DNA of 64,000 nucleotides, from assembly GCA_012295275.1 (NCBI GenBank), contig CM022669.1, positions 11,904,001 to 11,968,000 on the forward strand. The letters are read 5' to 3'. Shown here piece by piece: positions 61,131 to 64,000 of this stretch (position 1 is the stretch's first letter; each line of letters opens with the position of its first letter). The notes under the pieces were generated by a model. The model searched no databases, was not told the origin of the DNA, and was given only the letters and a program-made list of their open reading frames with translations. A program made the position numbers and the translations under genes. This DNA comes from Chrysomallon squamiferum. Lineage: Eukaryota; Animalia; Mollusca.

Positions 61131-63441
61131 TAAAAAAATTTAAATTTTTAAAACCCACAGCAAATTTACAAAATTCCTTCAAGTGAACGACAGAAACAAT
61201 TGGTAGGGGAAGATTTTTTTTTAAAGTAAGTTACTACAGTATTTTACGTTTCATTCATTCGTTCATTACAGACAGCTGATTTAACACAGTATAATAAATC
61301 ACATGCGCGTTGAACAGTACTTTTTCTTTAACTCGCCAAATTCTTTTTTAAAAATAAACATCTTAGATTAGTCTCATGTCTTTCTACGCATGCATCAAAT
61401 GACGGCGATCGTTGCGTCATCCTTAATCTAAACTGTATATTTGGTTTTCTAAACAAAGATTTTGATTACACTGGTAACAGATATTTGCAGGTGTTGTTTA
61501 TTTAAGAAGATAAGTAATACCAAAAAAAAAAATGAAAAAGTAAAAAAATAAACAACCATATCTGTCAATACAATTTACGACAGCCTCAAAACAACGGTTT
61601 ATGTAGCACAGAGAAAAACTCTACATGGTTTTCTTTTTCTTTTCTCATTTTTTTTTTTTCTTTATATTTTTTGGATCGTTCCCAATTAGCTATATACAAC
61701 TGGAATGTTTTATCCTATATTCTCCAGTGAGTGCACTGCACTGAACGCCAAATTATTGCAATATGGCCAATTAGCGCTCGGCATAATTATATGTAGTGAC
61801 GTCAGAACGAAACAGCGAACAGACAGGAATGTATATATTTTAATTTACAATTACAAGGTTACTTGGTGCTGTCAGATTTGAATTCTAATTTCCGTGCTTG
61901 TTTGTTTGTTTATAATTATAATTATTATTATTATTTTATTATTATTATTCATAAATGTATAAAAAATGACTCAAAGAAAGATGCTCAAAAAAAAAAAGAA
62001 GAAAAAAGTTAATTAATTAAACGATGAATAAGTAAATAAATGAGACGTTTGTTCCACTTATTTATATTAAAACATTTTAATTTTTAATTTAAAAAAAAGA
62101 AGCAGAACAAAATAAAAGTTACTTGATCTCATATCTAACATGCATAACTATTTCATTAATATAATCACAACTTACGAAGATGTAGTCTAAAATCTAAATA
62201 TACTTCCCAGTTATGATTTATCCAGATTTTACCTCCCAGTTTTAATTAACAACACAGTATAACAATTACAGTTTATAAATATCAGGGCAGTGCCATTTAA
62301 TACTCAAACCAAGTAATATAATAAGCTATAAGTATATAGACTTTTTAATTTTTTTAGACGATTCATTCGTACCACCACCAATACACTTAAACTTCCCATA
62401 TAATATTAATATTCCTTGTTATGTTTTAATTTTTACAAAGTTGCTAAATACTATTATTTTTAAGCAAGTAAACACGAAGTCATCAAACATTACTCTGTAT
62501 GCACTATGGTGACTTGTTTTATTTTTGCAAATATTTGATATTTCCATTTATAAAAATGTTTTCTTCTCCAAAAACAAAGCCCAGATCTCCCACGCACGTA
62601 CGCACACTTACCTACATATATTGTACATTTCAGATTTTGTTTAACATACAACATTCATTATTTTATTCCCTTTGCACGTTCGCATCAAAATATTAAATTA
62701 AATATAATTGTCTAAATAAAACAAATTCTGACATGCAATCAGTTTGTCAATGTCTACTAATCGGATAACGAAAGCAAAAGAACAAGATTGCTTATGCGTA
62801 ACTACTGGATTTTTAATTATTTATTTATTTATATCTTTTTAAATAAAGCAGTGCAATGGCATCAAGGTATCTTTTCTGTAAAACATTAGAATTTCAAAAT
62901 TAAAAAAAAAAAAAAAAAAAAAAATCAAAACCTTAGAAAACAACATATTAGTTGTCTATGACCGTCTCAACTCGATACAACTAAAGATAAGTTACATATC
63001 TTCGAATTGGTTCCAAGAGAAAAGAAATACACTAAAACAAGTTCTGTACTGAAACAGGTACATATTTCAAGCATAGTTGCACATTCATTATCCATTGGCT
63101 AAGCTTCACTTTCTTTCGTGAAGGTCCGTGTATTGTACGTTTTCCTCACTGATTTTGGTTGTTTGTTTGTTTGTTTGTTTCCGTTTCTCCTTCGTTCTTC
63201 CTTTTGTATACAAATATTTCTCTAAATACATCGAACGTAACGATGGCTTTGTGATGTTTTTTTTTTCCACTTCGATTTCAGATTTGTACAACATAATTTT
63301 TTTTTTGACGTAAAGATTATTACAAGAATATGTCACCCATCTCAGCATGTTCAGAAAATTAAATATTACATTTAGGCGAAAACGTCTCACCTTTTCATAA
63401 TCACAGTTACAGATATGCCGCCAATATAAAAGTATTCGGTA

Positions 63442-63999
63442 TCAAAAAGTTACAAGAAAGAAAGCAACATTGACAAATATCACATACAAAGGAATACCTG
63501 AGAACGTTTCTAAGGTCCTTCCGCGGTAACTGCTCGTCAGCTGATTGTGTCGTCTGCTGGAGAACTGAGTGTTAGGGAAACCGGACTGCGGCTCGCGATT
63601 AAAGCACAGTCTCTCTGTGTTGTCTTTCAGAGCCTGGCAGTCGTACTCCTCGCTGCCGTCGCAGCGACACGTCTGCAGCTTTCTGGAATTTTTCTGTCTG
63701 TACAGAATGGCCAAACTGTTGTTGCAGCGAGGAGTGCACTTCTCCCCGGTGATGAGTTTCATGCAGTGGCGGGCATAATACTCCAGCGCTGTCAGACAGG
63801 AAGTGTCGGCTTCGCACAACCACTGGGCCAGAGTGCACGTGACCACCGCGTCCTCGTCATACAGACTGCTCATGGCACCGAGGACGTCCGAGGTACAGAT
63901 CTCCACTCGCCTCTTTCGGGTTTCGCAGAACTCCTCTCCGCTGCAGTTACAGTTTATGAATGACGTTCCCGTCTGATCTTCGGTGGAAAGTAACGACAG
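63442..63999 (-). CDS. GAS1: Growth arrest-specific protein 1 (GDNF/GAS1 domains, C-terminal GPI-type signal); 5' end lies beyond the window
   Basis: The frame stays open to the window edge: LSLLSTEDQTGTSFINCNCSGEEFCETRKRRVEIC...CTLAQWLCEADTSCLTALEYYARHC...CTPRCNNSLAILYRQ..SRKLQTCRCDGSEEYDC, then a hydrophobic C-terminus. No intron in this part. Confidence 0.92.
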   Translation of the reverse strand: MSLLSTEDQTGTSFINCNCSGEEFCETRKRRVEICTSDVLGAMSSLYDEDAVVTCTLAQWLCEADTSCLTALEYYARHCMKLITGEKCTPRCNNSLAILYRQKNSRKLQTCRCDGSEEYDCQALKDNTERLCFNREPQSGFPNTQFSSRRHNQLTSSYRGRTLETFSGIPLYVIFVNVAFFLVTF

Positions 64000-64000
64000 A

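Noticed and set aside
63547-63963. Antisense and alternative-frame ORFs over GAS1
   Set aside because: Shadow ORFs of a GC-rich coding exon.

Overview
AT-rich, microsatellite-rich animal genomic DNA with spliceosomal introns; probably a lophotrochozoan or mollusc (inferred from gene content and a SINE relic recognised from memory). Most ORF-track entries are spurious; I rebuilt genes by hand from splice sites with frame checks. Left to right: 5' part of endophilin A (-), a small intron-containing DUF1761-like membrane protein (-), SNAPC3 (+), a decayed Mutator-like transposase with a nested MITE, a two-PWWP PWWP3A/MUM1-like gene (+), a single-exon NAT8/camello-like acetyltransferase (-), TBCA (+), a ZNF474-like gene with 4 paired C2HC modules (-), ULK3 (+), about 11 kb without recognisable coding sequence, and the 3' part of GAS1 (-). 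I found no clearly new biological system. The best leads are the DUF1761-like gene, the possible two-genes-in-one ZNF474-like locus with RFX/forkhead motifs, a GC-donor intron carrying a copy of the next exon start, and the nested MULE.
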